This document shows positions 7,896-18,258 of a DNA stretch of 46,625 bases, piece after piece (within the stretch, counting starts at the first letter, position 1; each line of letters starts with the position of its first letter). The position numbers and the translations under genes are program-made. Where the stretch lies: NCBI GenBank assembly GCA_963830915.1, contig CAWHOE010000014.1, positions 1 through 46,625 on the forward strand. Direction: 5' to 3'. The notes below the pieces were generated by a model that made no database searches, was not told where the DNA came from, and worked only from the letters and a program-made list of their open reading frames with translations. Source of the DNA: a candidate division FCPU426 bacterium (GTDB lineage: Bacteria; Oederibacteriota; Muellerivitia; Muellerivitales; Muellerivitaceae).

Positions 7896-9329
7896 TTACT
7901 CGGTTTTTTTCGCCCAGTCCGTATGGATAAATCCCTTTTCCGGATGATCGATTCTCTCGTAGGTATGTGCCCCGAAAAAATCCCTTTGGGACTGGGTCAA
8001 GTTCTGGGGCAGGTCGGCCGAACGGTAACTGTCGAAGTAGGCCAGGCTGGCGCTCATGGCCGGCACCGGTATCCCCAACCGGACCGCCGTGGCGATCACT
8101 TCCCTCCAGGCTCCCTGGGTGGCTTGGACCTGCTTTTGGAAAGACTCGTCCAACAGTAAGGAAGGCAAACGCGGGTTTCGGTCGTAGGCTTTCATGATCT
8201 CGTCCAACAACCTGGCCCGGATGATGCAGCCGCCTTTCCAGATACGCGCCATCTCCCTGAAGTTGACGCCCCATTGGTACTCATTGGAAGCCGCCTGGAT
8301 GAGGCGCATGCCCTGGGTATAGGAACAGAGTTTGGAATTATAAAGGGCCTGGCTTACTGCCGTGATGAACCCTTCTTTGCCCTCGAACTTCCCGACCGGG
8401 CCCGCGATGGTCCGGGAAGCCGACACCCGCTCGTCCTTCAAGGAGGATAGGTTCCTAGCGTCGATGGCGGCCGCGATGGTGGGGATGGCCACTCCCAGGT
8501 CCAGGGCGACTTGCGTGGTCCATTTGCCAGTGCCCTTTTGTCCCGCCTTATCCAATACCAGATCGACCAATGGTTTCCCTGTCTCATCATCCTTCACGGT
8601 GAAGACCTTGGCCGTCAGCTCGATGAGGAAAGAATCCAGCGGTCCCTGGTTCCACTCGGTGAATATCTTGGCCAGCTCCGGCGCTTTCAATCCCATGGTC
8701 TTGCGAAGGATGTCATAGGCCTCGGCGATCAACTGCATATCGCCATACTCGATGCCGTTGTGGACCATCTTCACGAAATGTCCCGCGCCGTCCGGCCCCA
8801 CGTGGGTCACGCAGGATCCCGAGTCGGTCTTGGCCGAGATGGCTTCGCAGATGGGGCGGACCCGTTCGTAACCCTCGACGCTTCCGCCAGGCATGAGGGA
8901 TGGCCCGAACCTGGCGCCCTCTTCCCCGCCCGAGACTCCCATCCCGATGAAATGGAGGCCTTCTTTCGCCAGGTCGGCTTCCCGCCTCTGGGTATCCTTG
9001 AACCAGGAATTGCCGCCGTCGATGAGGATGTCGCCCTTGGCGAGCAGGGGCTTGAGGCTCTTGACACATTCATCCACCGGGCTTCCGGCCGGCACCATCA
9101 AAAGGATGCGCCGGGGCGTCTCGATCGCTCCCACGAATTCGGCGAGGGTGTTGGCTCCGATGAATTTCTTGCCCTGGTTCTTTTGGATGAACGCCTTGAC
9201 CCTGTCGTCGAAGGGATTGACCACCGCGACCGTGAACCCATGGTCCTCGATGTTCTGGGCCAGGTTCGCGCCCATGACCCCTAACCCCAATAGCCCAAAA
9301 TCCGCTTTTTTAGCGCCGGTCGCCGTCAT
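7896..9329 (-). CDS. gndA: NADP-dependent 6-phosphogluconate dehydrogenase, decarboxylating
   Basis: GLGVMG Rossmann motif, IDGGNS, GVSGGEEGA, KMVHNGIEYGDMQ, QKGTGKW, QRDFFGAHTYER. Confidence 0.98.
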   Translation of the reverse strand: MTATGAKKADFGLLGLGVMGANLAQNIEDHGFTVAVVNPFDDRVKAFIQKNQGKKFIGANTLAEFVGAIETPRRILLMVPAGSPVDECVKSLKPLLAKGDILIDGGNSWFKDTQRREADLAKEGLHFIGMGVSGGEEGARFGPSLMPGGSVEGYERVRPICEAISAKTDSGSCVTHVGPDGAGHFVKMVHNGIEYGDMQLIAEAYDILRKTMGLKAPELAKIFTEWNQGPLDSFLIELTAKVFTVKDDETGKPLVDLVLDKAGQKGTGKWTTQVALDLGVAIPTIAAAIDARNLSSLKDERVSASRTIAGPVGKFEGKEGFITAVSQALYNSKLCSYTQGMRLIQAASNEYQWGVNFREMARIWKGGCIIRARLLDEIMKAYDRNPRLPSLLLDESFQKQVQATQGAWREVIATAVRLGIPVPAMSASLAYFDSYRSADLPQNLTQSQRDFFGAHTYERIDHPEKGFIHTDWAKKTE

Positions 9330-9467
9330 TTTGATTCCTCCCAGGCCGATAGGTCAGTTATTCGTTCGCGGGGCATTTTAACAGATGGCTGAACGAAAAA
9401 GGACCAGCCCCCCTTATAATAAAAACAGTATTCCAACGTTTATCATTGTTTTCACCACAGAGGCACA

Positions 9468-9542
9468 TGCCGACCTTCCTATAATCATCATAAGGAGGTC
9501 GGTATCGTACCGATTTCATTGATTACTTTTGGTTAATCGGCA
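9468..9542 (+). mobile_element. Double-hairpin miniature element, copy 3 (75 bp)
   Basis: gaggcaCA[TGCCGACCT..AGGTCGGTA tcg TACCGAT..ATCGGCA]CAgagacacag. Confidence 0.8.
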
Positions 9543-9615
9543 CAGAGACACAGAACCGCTGAGAAAGGCTTTGTCTTTGCTGACAACAAAAACAAAAAAG
9601 CAACAACAGTAGTTC

Positions 9616-9805
9616 ATGCCTATCCGTAAGGCGTGCCTTGACCTGGACTTTCGTCAATTTGTTGGTCGCACCGTCTCCCCCTCTGAAAGAGGGGGAACAA
9701 GGGGGAGTTAGGTTTTCCAGACTATTTCGGCAAGGACTAATACCCCCCTACCCCCCTTTTTCAAAGGGGGGAGCCTTTCGTAAAATGCGCTTTGCAGATA
9801 GGCAT
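9616..9805 (+). mobile_element. ~190-bp MITE-like element with imperfect terminal inverted repeats, copy B
   Basis: Left end ATGCCTATCCGTAAGGCG versus reverse complement of right end ATGCCTATCTGCAAAGCG; internal CCCCCT/AGGGGG hairpins. Confidence 0.65.
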
Positions 9806-9826
9806 CCAAAATTTGTTTTTACTCTG

Positions 9827-9904
9827 TGCCGATATCCCAATTAAATCAAAATTGGGATCGGTACAATACCGACCTCTTTTAAAAATATTTATAGAGGGTC
9901 GGCA
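9827..9904 (-). mobile_element. Double-hairpin miniature element, copy 4 (78 bp)
   Basis: Minus strand: aaccaCA[TGCCGACC..AGGTCGGTA ttg TACCGAT..ATCGGCA]CAgag. Confidence 0.8.
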
Positions 9905-9951
9905 TGTGGTTAAGGATTTTTGTTGGAGTTTCTTAAGCAAAGGGAACCATT

Positions 9952-12006
9952 TTGACCTTCATGACTCGAACCCTGTTCATCCTCTTCTTCCTGTTCCTAG
10001 CCCTTTGGGCCGTATTATGGATGGGTCACCTTCCCTATTATCTCGACACCATCCTTTACGTTTATCCCGACCGGTTCGAGAATTTCCGCTCCTTTCAACA
10101 GGGCTTCCTCCCCCTTTGGGACCCTTACCTGGGCTGCGGCACACCCCATCTGGCCAACTGGCAGTCGGCCTGCCTCTATCCTTTCTTCTGGGTCTTCCAA
10201 TGGACCGGCGTTTACGACTGGCTGATGATGGTGATCCTGTTCCACTGCGCCCTGGCCTTCACCGGCGCTTACCTTTGGCTCCGTTCCCAGAAAGCCGATC
10301 CTCTCTGGAGCGTCCTGGGAGCTCTTTCCTTCGCCCTCAGCGGCCACCTCATCCGTTGCTGGACCAACCTTCCCTTCCTGGCGACCGCGGCCTGGAGTCC
10401 CTGGGTCTTCTGGGGATTCCAAAGGGCCCTGGCCTCACCCCGTCGCTGGAACTGGGTCCTGGCGGGGCTTTTCCTGGCTCTGCAAGTGTTGGCCGGGTAC
10501 CCATTCTTCTCTCTATATACGGTCATCCTGTTATTGGTTTGGTTCTGGTATCAAAAGCCCGGCAAACTGGCCTGGCCTCCATTCGCCTTGACCCTGGGGG
10601 TTTCCGCCATGCTCACCTCCCCCCAATGGCTCCCCTTCCTGGATTTCCTGGGCTATTCCCACCATGACCTTTGGCGGGAGTATCCCTATTACGAAAAGCC
10701 GCTGGAATATCTCACCCTATTGAAACCCGATCTTCTGGGCATGCCTGGCGCTTCCAACTATCAAGGCAGTTTCGCCAACGCGAATTTCAATCTCTACATA
10801 GGTTTATTCCCTCTGGGCGCCCTACTGATGAACCTCTTTCATTTCCGTTGGTCCCGGTTCTTCACGGTTGGGGCGGTCTTTTGGCTTTTTTGGATGGCGG
10901 GACGTCATTTCTTTTTGTGGTACCTGTTGCCCCAGGGTTTTCTGGAATGGATCGAGCCCACTAAGTCGGCGGGGATGTTCGTCTTTTGCGCCGTGACCTC
11001 GGCGGCCGTGGGTTTGTCCTCCCTTCCGCCGGTCAAATGGGCGGGAAAGATCCGCCTTCTCCTTTTAGGCGGAGTGGCCTTGCTCTGGTGCCTGGATCTA
11101 TTCCTCGTCCCTTTCCTGCTCTTGAAACCCATGAGGGACCCTTACCGTAACCCGGCCATCCAGGAGAATGTGGCCTCCCTCAAGAACCTCGCGGGAACAG
11201 GCAGGTTCTTGAGCCTTCATACCTCGGCTGAACTGACCTTCACCGGCGGGGATATGTTGGACCGCTCCTACCAGGCCCAGGTGGGTCTGGGCTTGGCCGA
11301 CGCCAACAAGGTCTGGGGTATCCGGAGCGCCGACCAATACCTTTATCAAAGGGTCGAGGGTTCGGAAAACTTGCTCAAGTATTTCAATAAAGGGTTCCCT
11401 TATAAGGGGGACTTGTTGAGCGTGGCGGGTGTCAGGCTCTTTCTCTTGCCCGCGAACCTGCCTTCCGCCAATTATCAGCCCGCCGGAACTTGGATGAATG
11501 ATATTTACACGGTGAACAAAAAGGCTTCCCCCGATATGCGCTGGGTGCCGGGCGCGGAACAACTTCCCGATCGGGCTTTCATTTTGAACCGTCTGTCGCA
11601 GGAGAAAAGCGGCTGGGAAAAAACGGTCCTGTTGGAAAGTTCGGGGAATACCAGCTTGGTTCCCTCGAAACGACGCTGGTTTGGCCCAGTCGCCTTGGGT
11701 AGGGAGTCGGATTCCAGGGCCGCTGGCCTGGTTTCCTGTCCATCGACCGGCTATTTGGTCTTCAACGAGATCTACTGCCCTGGTTGGAAAGCCTGGGTAG
11801 ACGGGAACCCCGCTTCTATCCTTCGGGCTTACGGGCTTTTCATGACCGTTCCCATCCCAACTCCCGGCGACCATCTGGTGGTCTTTCGGTATGAGCCGAC
11901 CGCCTTCAGGCTGGGGTTATTCTTGCCCTTGGCTTTCTTCGTGATGGTCTTTGCTGGACTCGGTATAAAATCCAAAACTCTATTAACCACAGATGAACAC
12001 GGATAA
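9952..12006 (+). CDS. YfhO-family polytopic membrane protein (putative GT-C glycosyltransferase)
   Basis: PLWDPYLGCGTPHLAN..YPF motif, many TMs, C-terminal EIYCPGWKAWVDG..HLVVFRYEP. Confidence 0.9.
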   Translation: MTFMTRTLFILFFLFLALWAVLWMGHLPYYLDTILYVYPDRFENFRSFQQGFLPLWDPYLGCGTPHLANWQSACLYPFFWVFQWTGVYDWLMMVILFHCALAFTGAYLWLRSQKADPLWSVLGALSFALSGHLIRCWTNLPFLATAAWSPWVFWGFQRALASPRRWNWVLAGLFLALQVLAGYPFFSLYTVILLLVWFWYQKPGKLAWPPFALTLGVSAMLTSPQWLPFLDFLGYSHHDLWREYPYYEKPLEYLTLLKPDLLGMPGASNYQGSFANANFNLYIGLFPLGALLMNLFHFRWSRFFTVGAVFWLFWMAGRHFFLWYLLPQGFLEWIEPTKSAGMFVFCAVTSAAVGLSSLPPVKWAGKIRLLLLGGVALLWCLDLFLVPFLLLKPMRDPYRNPAIQENVASLKNLAGTGRFLSLHTSAELTFTGGDMLDRSYQAQVGLGLADANKVWGIRSADQYLYQRVEGSENLLKYFNKGFPYKGDLLSVAGVRLFLLPANLPSANYQPAGTWMNDIYTVNKKASPDMRWVPGAEQLPDRAFILNRLSQEKSGWEKTVLLESSGNTSLVPSKRRWFGPVALGRESDSRAAGLVSCPSTGYLVFNEIYCPGWKAWVDGNPASILRAYGLFMTVPIPTPGDHLVVFRYEPTAFRLGLFLPLAFFVMVFAGLGIKSKTLLTTDEHG

Positions 12007-12063
12007 ACACAGATATTATTAATTATGAAAAAAATCTTTTCATCGGTGTAAATCTGTGGCTAA
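11983..12063. repeat. Intergenic hairpin repeat (accacagatgaacacggataaacacagat ... atcggtgtaaatctgtggc) between convergent genes
   Basis: Tandem 9-10-mers with an inverted partner arm. Related elements lie at 7434, 9452-9913, 16432-16516, 18166-18425 and 18813-18905. Confidence 0.75.
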
Positions 12064-12070
12064 GAATTTA

Positions 12071-13042
12071 TTAGAAGCCTTTCGCGGTTGAGTTTTCAGG
12101 AGTTTCCGAAGGCGTTGGTTCTCGTCCCGGTAATTCGATCTTCTCAATGACCGCTTTCAATCCCTTCGCCGATTCTTCCATCTTTCCCTGGACCCAATAG
12201 GTCACCTGGAATAGACGGGGGGATTCGGTCAAGGTTGCGTTCTGGACCCCCGTGATGGCGATATGGTTCTCCGTCAGGGCCTCGACCACCGGCTTCACCT
12301 GTTCCTTGGTCAGGAGGAAACTTCCCGCCGACGCGATATGATCTCCCGACTTTTGAAGCCTCAGGACCGACCCCATCCCCATGAACGCGGGGAAATCCAT
12401 CCCGTCTTCACGGATGGGTTCTTGCAGGGGGATCTGGTATTCCAGCACCCTGTTCTCGGTCATCCCGGGACCCAGAATGGCTTCGACCTTGGACCAATCC
12501 TCCGGCGTTGCGGAAGGTTTTTTCTCGTCGGGAGGGGCCTGGGGTGTACCCGAGGTATAGAGGGCTTCCCGTATGACCTCAGCCAGCCAGGCCCGGGAAC
12601 CCTTGGCCTGAACCCTGAGAACCTTGAGGGAAGGGGATTCATTGATCAGGGGGTCATGGAGCGAATCCACCTGGAACCCGTAACGCACCAGGGGAACCAT
12701 CACCTTGGGCACTTCCTGGTCCAATAACACCATTTCCCCCGTCACCAGGGTCTGCCGAGTCAAGGGTTTGAAGGTGAACCAGGTGGTCAAGGCCAGTTCG
12801 GGCTCGATGGGTGTGCCCGAAACCAGGACATTCAGGTCGGTCCGGGTAAAGGTGACTTTGAGCATGTCCCCCTGGGTCTGGCCCTGCCGGCCCAGGATCT
12901 TTTCCACTGTCCGCCAATCCTGCCTCGTGACCGTAGGGGTCACCCCTGGGTGACCAGCCGGTTCTGGCGTCACTGGGACCTGGCCCATTCCTTGGCCAGC
13001 CCAGTTCATCCAAAGGAGGAGAAGTAAGGATCGCTTCATCAT
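12071..13042 (-). CDS. DUF1259 (LppY/LpqO-like) domain secreted protein, two domains
   Basis: KVTFTRTDLNV..LALTTWFTF..GEMVLLDQEV..SLHDPLINESP, with a duplicated second half; signal peptide. Confidence 0.8.
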   Translation of the reverse strand: MMKRSLLLLLWMNWAGQGMGQVPVTPEPAGHPGVTPTVTRQDWRTVEKILGRQGQTQGDMLKVTFTRTDLNVLVSGTPIEPELALTTWFTFKPLTRQTLVTGEMVLLDQEVPKVMVPLVRYGFQVDSLHDPLINESPSLKVLRVQAKGSRAWLAEVIREALYTSGTPQAPPDEKKPSATPEDWSKVEAILGPGMTENRVLEYQIPLQEPIREDGMDFPAFMGMGSVLRLQKSGDHIASAGSFLLTKEQVKPVVEALTENHIAITGVQNATLTESPRLFQVTYWVQGKMEESAKGLKAVIEKIELPGREPTPSETPENSTAKGF

Positions 13043-13166
13043 GAACCCGCCTTGTTTGTAAATCATAGGTTAAAAATTCCAGGACAGTTTAACCCACTCG
13101 GCCCCGGCTTTTTTCAAATAGTTTTCCCTTCCCCCTTCCATCCAGCGAGCTTATGATTTGCGGGAT

Positions 13167-14942
13167 ATGGAACACACCCAGGAAAAACCAATGGTCAAGA
13201 TCCGGAAGGTTTGGGGCGAGGCCACCTCCTTCATCAACCGGTACCAGAAACTCTGGTGGGTCGACATCGCCTTGATCCTGGGCTTGATCGGCCTGATCTT
13301 CGGCATCCTGTCCGTGTCCGCCGAATGGACCGGCGTCCACACCGCCAAGGTGGAGATAGACCTGTCCCCCTGGGCCCTTCCCAAATACACCTTCTTCACC
13401 CTTTGCCGGGGCATGTTGGCTTACATTCTCTCCCTGATATTCACTTTCGCTTACGGTTATTGGGCCGCCAAGGACCACATCGCGGAAAAAGTTCTCATTC
13501 CCCTTCTGGATATTTTACAGAGCATACCGGTGTTGGGCTTCCTGCCAGGTCTGGTGCTGGCCCTGGTGGCCATTTTTCCCAACAGCAACGTGGGTTTGGA
13601 ATTGGCCTGCGTCATCATGATCTTCACCGGCCAGGTGTGGAATATGACCTTCAGCTTTTACCAGTCCCTCCGCTCCATCCCCCAATATTTGCTGGAGGCG
13701 GCGGCGGTCTACCGTTTCAACTGGTTCCAGAAAGCCACCAAATTGGAGATTCCCTTTTCCGCCATCGGCCTCATCTGGAACAGCATGATGAGCATGGCGG
13801 GCGGCTGGTTCTTCCTGACCGTCACCGAGGCTTTCCAACTGGGCGACAAGGATTTTCGCCTGCCGGGGCTGGGCTCCTACATGAGCGTGGCCAGCGACAA
13901 GGGCGACAACTGGGCCAAACTTTGCGGTGTCATCGCCATGATCCTGATGATCGTCTTCCTGGACCAGTTCCTCTGGCGTCCGCTGGTGGTCTGGGGCCAA
14001 AAGTTCCGGGTGGAAGAGGGCGGGGCCGAGGAAGGCATGCGTTCCTGGTTCCTGGATTTCCTCAACCAATCCCAGATACTGCGATTCTTCGAGAAGCTTT
14101 TGACGCCCAAACCCCGGTTAACTCCTCCCGGCACCGTCATGGCGATGCCCCCCTCCGATGTCAGGGAGATCAAACCCGACGCTCCCCAGTGGCATGTCAA
14201 ATTGGTGTCCATTCTTTGCTTTGTCGCCCTGGTCGGTTCCATGCTCTTCGGGGCCTGGAAGATCGTGGAACTCTTCTCCCATCTCAAGCTCGACCAGTGG
14301 ATCCTGATCATCAAGGAAGCCGGTGTGACCCTGGCCAGGGTCCTGACCGCCGTATTCCTTTCCGCCTTATGGACCATTCCGGTGGGCCTTTGGATCGGCC
14401 TGTCGCCCCGGCTTTCTCGGATATTCCAACCCTTCGTTCAGGTGGCGGCTTCCTTCCCGGCCCCCATGCTCTTTTCTTTCGCCATCCTGGTCATGAGCTG
14501 GATGGGCATCGGCCTGAATTGGGGGGCCATCGCCCTGATGCTGTTGGGCGCCCAGTGGTATATTTTGTTCAACGTCATCGCGGGGGCCATGGCCATTCCC
14601 TCCGACCTGTTGGAGGCGGCCCGCAGTTACCGCATGAGAGGCTGGGACCTTTTCTGGAAGGTCCAAATGCCGGGCATTTTCCCTTACCTGGTGACCGGGA
14701 TGGTCACTTCCGCCGGCGGCACCTGGAACGCCAGCATCGTGGCTGAGTATGTCACCGACAAGGGCAATACCTTGACCGCTTATGGGTTGGGTTCCCAGAT
14801 CAGCATCTCCGCCGCGGCCGCTGACTTTCCCATGCTCGCGGCCAGTGTGGTGGTGATGTCCATCATGGTGGTGGTTTTCAACCGGCTGGTTTGGAAGAGG
14901 CTTTACCGTTTGGCCGAGGAGAAATACTCGCTGAGCAAATAA
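13167..14942 (+). CDS. NitT/TauT-family ABC transporter permease (two fused TM domains)
   Basis: PLLDILQSIPVLGFLP, FTGQVWNMTFSFYQS, WNSMMSMAGGWFF, SFPAPMLF, GAQWYILFNVIAGA. Confidence 0.92.
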   Translation: MEHTQEKPMVKIRKVWGEATSFINRYQKLWWVDIALILGLIGLIFGILSVSAEWTGVHTAKVEIDLSPWALPKYTFFTLCRGMLAYILSLIFTFAYGYWAAKDHIAEKVLIPLLDILQSIPVLGFLPGLVLALVAIFPNSNVGLELACVIMIFTGQVWNMTFSFYQSLRSIPQYLLEAAAVYRFNWFQKATKLEIPFSAIGLIWNSMMSMAGGWFFLTVTEAFQLGDKDFRLPGLGSYMSVASDKGDNWAKLCGVIAMILMIVFLDQFLWRPLVVWGQKFRVEEGGAEEGMRSWFLDFLNQSQILRFFEKLLTPKPRLTPPGTVMAMPPSDVREIKPDAPQWHVKLVSILCFVALVGSMLFGAWKIVELFSHLKLDQWILIIKEAGVTLARVLTAVFLSALWTIPVGLWIGLSPRLSRIFQPFVQVAASFPAPMLFSFAILVMSWMGIGLNWGAIALMLLGAQWYILFNVIAGAMAIPSDLLEAARSYRMRGWDLFWKVQMPGIFPYLVTGMVTSAGGTWNASIVAEYVTDKGNTLTAYGLGSQISISAAAADFPMLAASVVVMSIMVVVFNRLVWKRLYRLAEEKYSLSK

Positions 14943-14954
14943 TCGGAGGTTCCT

Positions 14955-16421
14955 ATGTCAGTCAACACGGCGGAAGTGGCGGCAAAACAAAAACTCATCG
15001 AGCTCAAGAATGTCTCGGAGGATTTCGCCCTCCCCAATGGCAAGTCCTTCGAGGCCCTCAAGGATGTCAGCCTGACCATCCAGAGCCGCGAGGTCGTGGC
15101 GCTCCTGGGCCCCTCAGGGTGCGGCAAATCGACCCTGCTTCGCATCTTGGCCGGGCTCATCCCGCCCACCAAGGGCGAGGTCCTTTACCACGACAAGCCT
15201 CTCTTGGGTGTGAATACCGGCGTTTCCATCGTATTCCAAAGTTTCGCTCTTTTCCCTTGGATGACCGTCACCGAGAACATCCAGACCGCCCTGAAATCCA
15301 GAGGCTTCCCGGACAACGAGATCGAGGACCGGGCCCAGAAGGCCATCCAGATGGTGGGGTTGGCGGGCTTCGAGGAAACCTATCCCCGGGAGCTTTCCGG
15401 CGGGATGAAACAGCGCGTCGGCATGGCCCGGGGCCTGGCGGTGGACCCGGAGATCCTTTTCATGGATGAGCCTTTCAGCCATGTGGACGCCCTGACGGCT
15501 GAGTCCCTTCGGGCGGAGGTCATCGACATCTGGTCCGCCCAGGACAAGAACCCTTCCTCCATCCTCATGGTCAGCCATGACATCCCCGAGGTCGTCTACA
15601 TGGCCGACCGCATCATGGTATTGGGGACCAACCCCGGCCACCTGGTGAAGATCATGGACAATCCCCTTCCCCGGCCCCGGGATTACCGTTCCCCCGACTT
15701 CCTAAAGCTAGTGGACCAGCTCCACGACATCATCATGGGACATGAGATGGCCGACTCACCCGAGCCCGTCCTGGCTCCCAATCAGCCGCCCACGGTGGAA
15801 TCCATTCCCGAAACCCCGCCCATCGAGATCGTCGGTATGTTGGAATACTTGGACGCCCGCGGCGGGAAGGAAGACCTGTTCCGCATCTCCAGCGAGACCG
15901 AGAAGGATTTCGGCTCGGTCATCATGGTGGCCAAGGCCGCCGAGCTTTTGGATTTTGTCGATACCCCCAAACGCAACGTGGTCCTCACCGCTGAGGGTCA
16001 AAGGTTCGTCAAGGCCAAGGCCTCTGAGCGCCAGAACATCTGGAAGGAACAACTGTTGAAGCAGGGCTTGTTCCGTCAGGTGAATGACATCCTCTTGAAA
16101 CACCCCCGCAAAGGTTTGGACGCCGACGTGGTCAAGGAGATCATCATCCTCAACCTGCCGGCGGAGAACTTCGAGAAGATATTCCAAACCTTCGTGGATT
16201 GGTCCCAGTACGGGAACCTGTTCGCTTATGTGGAAGAGACCCAAAAACTCTACTTCCCCAGAAAACGCGCGCCCCGCAACCCCAAACCCAAGGGTGAGGG
16301 AAATAACGGGAACCAGGAAACGGCCGGCGCCATGGAGCCGATTTCGGGTGATGCCCAAGCCCCCACTCCCGCCCCACCAGCCGAACCGCCCCAGCCCCCG
16401 GAAACGACACCTAAAAGCTGA
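14955..16421 (+). CDS. NitT/TauT-family ABC ATP-binding protein with C-terminal AAA-associated domain
   Basis: GPSGCGKS Walker A, LSGGMKQR signature, ILFMDEPF Walker B; GGAGG RBS. Confidence 0.95.
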   Translation: MSVNTAEVAAKQKLIELKNVSEDFALPNGKSFEALKDVSLTIQSREVVALLGPSGCGKSTLLRILAGLIPPTKGEVLYHDKPLLGVNTGVSIVFQSFALFPWMTVTENIQTALKSRGFPDNEIEDRAQKAIQMVGLAGFEETYPRELSGGMKQRVGMARGLAVDPEILFMDEPFSHVDALTAESLRAEVIDIWSAQDKNPSSILMVSHDIPEVVYMADRIMVLGTNPGHLVKIMDNPLPRPRDYRSPDFLKLVDQLHDIIMGHEMADSPEPVLAPNQPPTVESIPETPPIEIVGMLEYLDARGGKEDLFRISSETEKDFGSVIMVAKAAELLDFVDTPKRNVVLTAEGQRFVKAKASERQNIWKEQLLKQGLFRQVNDILLKHPRKGLDADVVKEIIILNLPAENFEKIFQTFVDWSQYGNLFAYVEETQKLYFPRKRAPRNPKPKGEGNNGNQETAGAMEPISGDAQAPTPAPPAEPPQPPETTPKS

Positions 16422-16599
16422 ACCCATTGGAACTACCAAAGGCACCAAGAACGGCAAAATCTTATTGGTTTTCCTACTAAACCTTTCTTGTTGTCTCTGT
16501 GTCTCTGCGGTGAAAAATTAGGTGTATCTAAATGGTTTTTTAGCCGAATGTCCGGTGTTAGACTACTGGCGCTTTTAATCTACTTTCCAAAGAGGACCT

Positions 16600-17253
16600 A
16601 TGGACTTCATCAAGCATGTGATCGACTTCTTCCTGCACCTGGACAAACATCTGGCCGAGATCGTCCAATCCTACGGGACCTTCACCTACTTCATCCTCTT
16701 CGCCGTCATCTTTTGCGAGACCGGCCTGGTGGTGACCCCCATCCTTCCCGGCGATTCACTCCTGTTCGCCGTGGGGACCCTGACCGCCACCCAGGTCCTG
16801 ACCCTGAACATCGTGGCCACCTACCTTCTGCTGATGGCGGCGGCCCTGCTGGGCGACAACTGCAACTATTGGATCGGCCGTTACTTCGGACCCAACGTGT
16901 TCGGCCGTTTCATCAACAAGAAATACCTGGACCGTACCCATGAGTTCTACGAGAAACACGGGGTCCTGACCCTGGTCATCGCCCAGTTCGTTCCCATCAT
17001 CCGTACCTTCGCCCCCTTCGTGGCGGGCGTGGGCGACATGACCTACGGCCGTTTCCTGAAATACAACTTCATCGGGGTCTTCCTCTGGACGACCCTCTTT
17101 GTCTGGAGCGGTTATTTCTTCGGCAACCTGGATTTCGTGAAGCAGAATTTCCACTACGTTATCCTGGCCATCATCCTGGTGTCCCTGATGCCCATGGTCT
17201 ATGAATTCTTCAAGATGTGGTCCGATGGAAAAAAGAAAAAGAAGAAAAAATAG
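16600..17253 (+). CDS. dedA: DedA family membrane protein
   Basis: FCETGLVVTPILPGDSLLF, GDNCNYWIGR, FYEKHG..FVPIIRTFAPFVAG. Confidence 0.95.
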   Translation: MDFIKHVIDFFLHLDKHLAEIVQSYGTFTYFILFAVIFCETGLVVTPILPGDSLLFAVGTLTATQVLTLNIVATYLLLMAAALLGDNCNYWIGRYFGPNVFGRFINKKYLDRTHEFYEKHGVLTLVIAQFVPIIRTFAPFVAGVGDMTYGRFLKYNFIGVFLWTTLFVWSGYFFGNLDFVKQNFHYVILAIILVSLMPMVYEFFKMWSDGKKKKKKK

Positions 17254-18144
17254 GCCCGTTCCGGCTCCCGCCGTCCCAAAGCAGGCGGCCCAAGCGGTTT
17301 TCCCGACCCCGGTCAAGGTCCTTTTCCTGGTCATAGGGATATTGGTGTTGTTCTGCGCGGTCACGCTTTTCGGGGCCCTCGCCTTTTTTTACACCCATCC
17401 AGGCCTTATCGCCGACCACTACTATTCCGGTGAGGACTACGACAAGGCCATCCGTTTCTACACGAAGGCGATCGAAAGGGACCCGGAAAACCCCCAGTGG
17501 TACGCCTCCCGGGCCATGTGCCACTACGACAAGGATTCCCGCGCCGAGTACCAGGCCTCGGTCAATGATTTCAACCAGGCCGTCGCTCTTACCCTCAAAG
17601 CTAAAAAGAAACCCGAATACGACACCTGGTTTTACCGGGGCTGCGCTCTCCGGCACTTGGGTCTCTATGCCGTCTGTTTCCTGACCTGAACCATGCCGTC
17701 GAGACCGACCCTCAGAACGCTTACGCCTACATCAACCGAGGATTGGCCTATCTTGATCTGCAAAAACTGGACCTGGCCCTGTCGGACGAGTCCAAGGCCA
17801 TCGACCTGGACCCGGAGATCGCCTGGGCTTACGAGAAGAGGGGTTCGATCCTGGAAAAGATGGGAAAACCGGACCAGGCCTTACAGGATTACGAGAAGGC
17901 GACCCGGGTCGATGACGAGGACGCGGACGCTTATTGCGATGAGGGTTATCTGCTGGAAAAAAAGGGCCGCTACCAGGACGCGGTACTTTGCTTCACCCAG
18001 GCTGTCCAGGCCGACTCGGACCTGAGGGACGCTTACCTTGGACGGGCGGACGCCTATGACGCGCTGGGAATCACTGATAAGTCCCGGCAGGATTTGGAAA
18101 GCGCGAAGAAACTGGAAAAACCGGACGAAGGCCTGTCCGAATAA
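17225..18144 (+). CDS. Membrane-anchored TPR protein, one frameshift near 17670-17690
   Basis: N-terminal TM, then TPRs (AIRFYTKAIERDPENPQWYASRA). Continues in another frame as DLNHAVETDPQNAYAYINRGLAYLDL... Confidence 0.8.
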
Positions 18145-18181
18145 AAACCCACAAAAAAGATATTGAAACACCAAGGCACCA

Positions 18182-18258
18182 TGCCGACCTACAAATCATA
18201 GTTTTCAGAGGTCGGTATAGTACCGATCTCCAATATTTAATTAATTGGATGATCGGCA
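18182..18258 (+). mobile_element. Double-hairpin miniature element, copy 5 (77 bp)
   Basis: caccaaggcacCA[TGCCGACCT..AGGTCGGTA tag TACCGAT..ATCGGCA]CAagttcaccaag. Confidence 0.8.

Noticed and set aside
13211..14746. 511-aa overlapping ORF in the permease gene, and similar long alternative-frame ORFs elsewhere
   Set aside because: GC-rich off-frame artefacts with Arg/Pro/Gly-rich composition and no motifs.
6568..18258. Double-hairpin elements as integron attC sites, tRNAs or riboswitches
   Set aside because: No RYYYAAC/GTTRRRY boxes, no cloverleaf, both orientations, and they interrupt other repeats.
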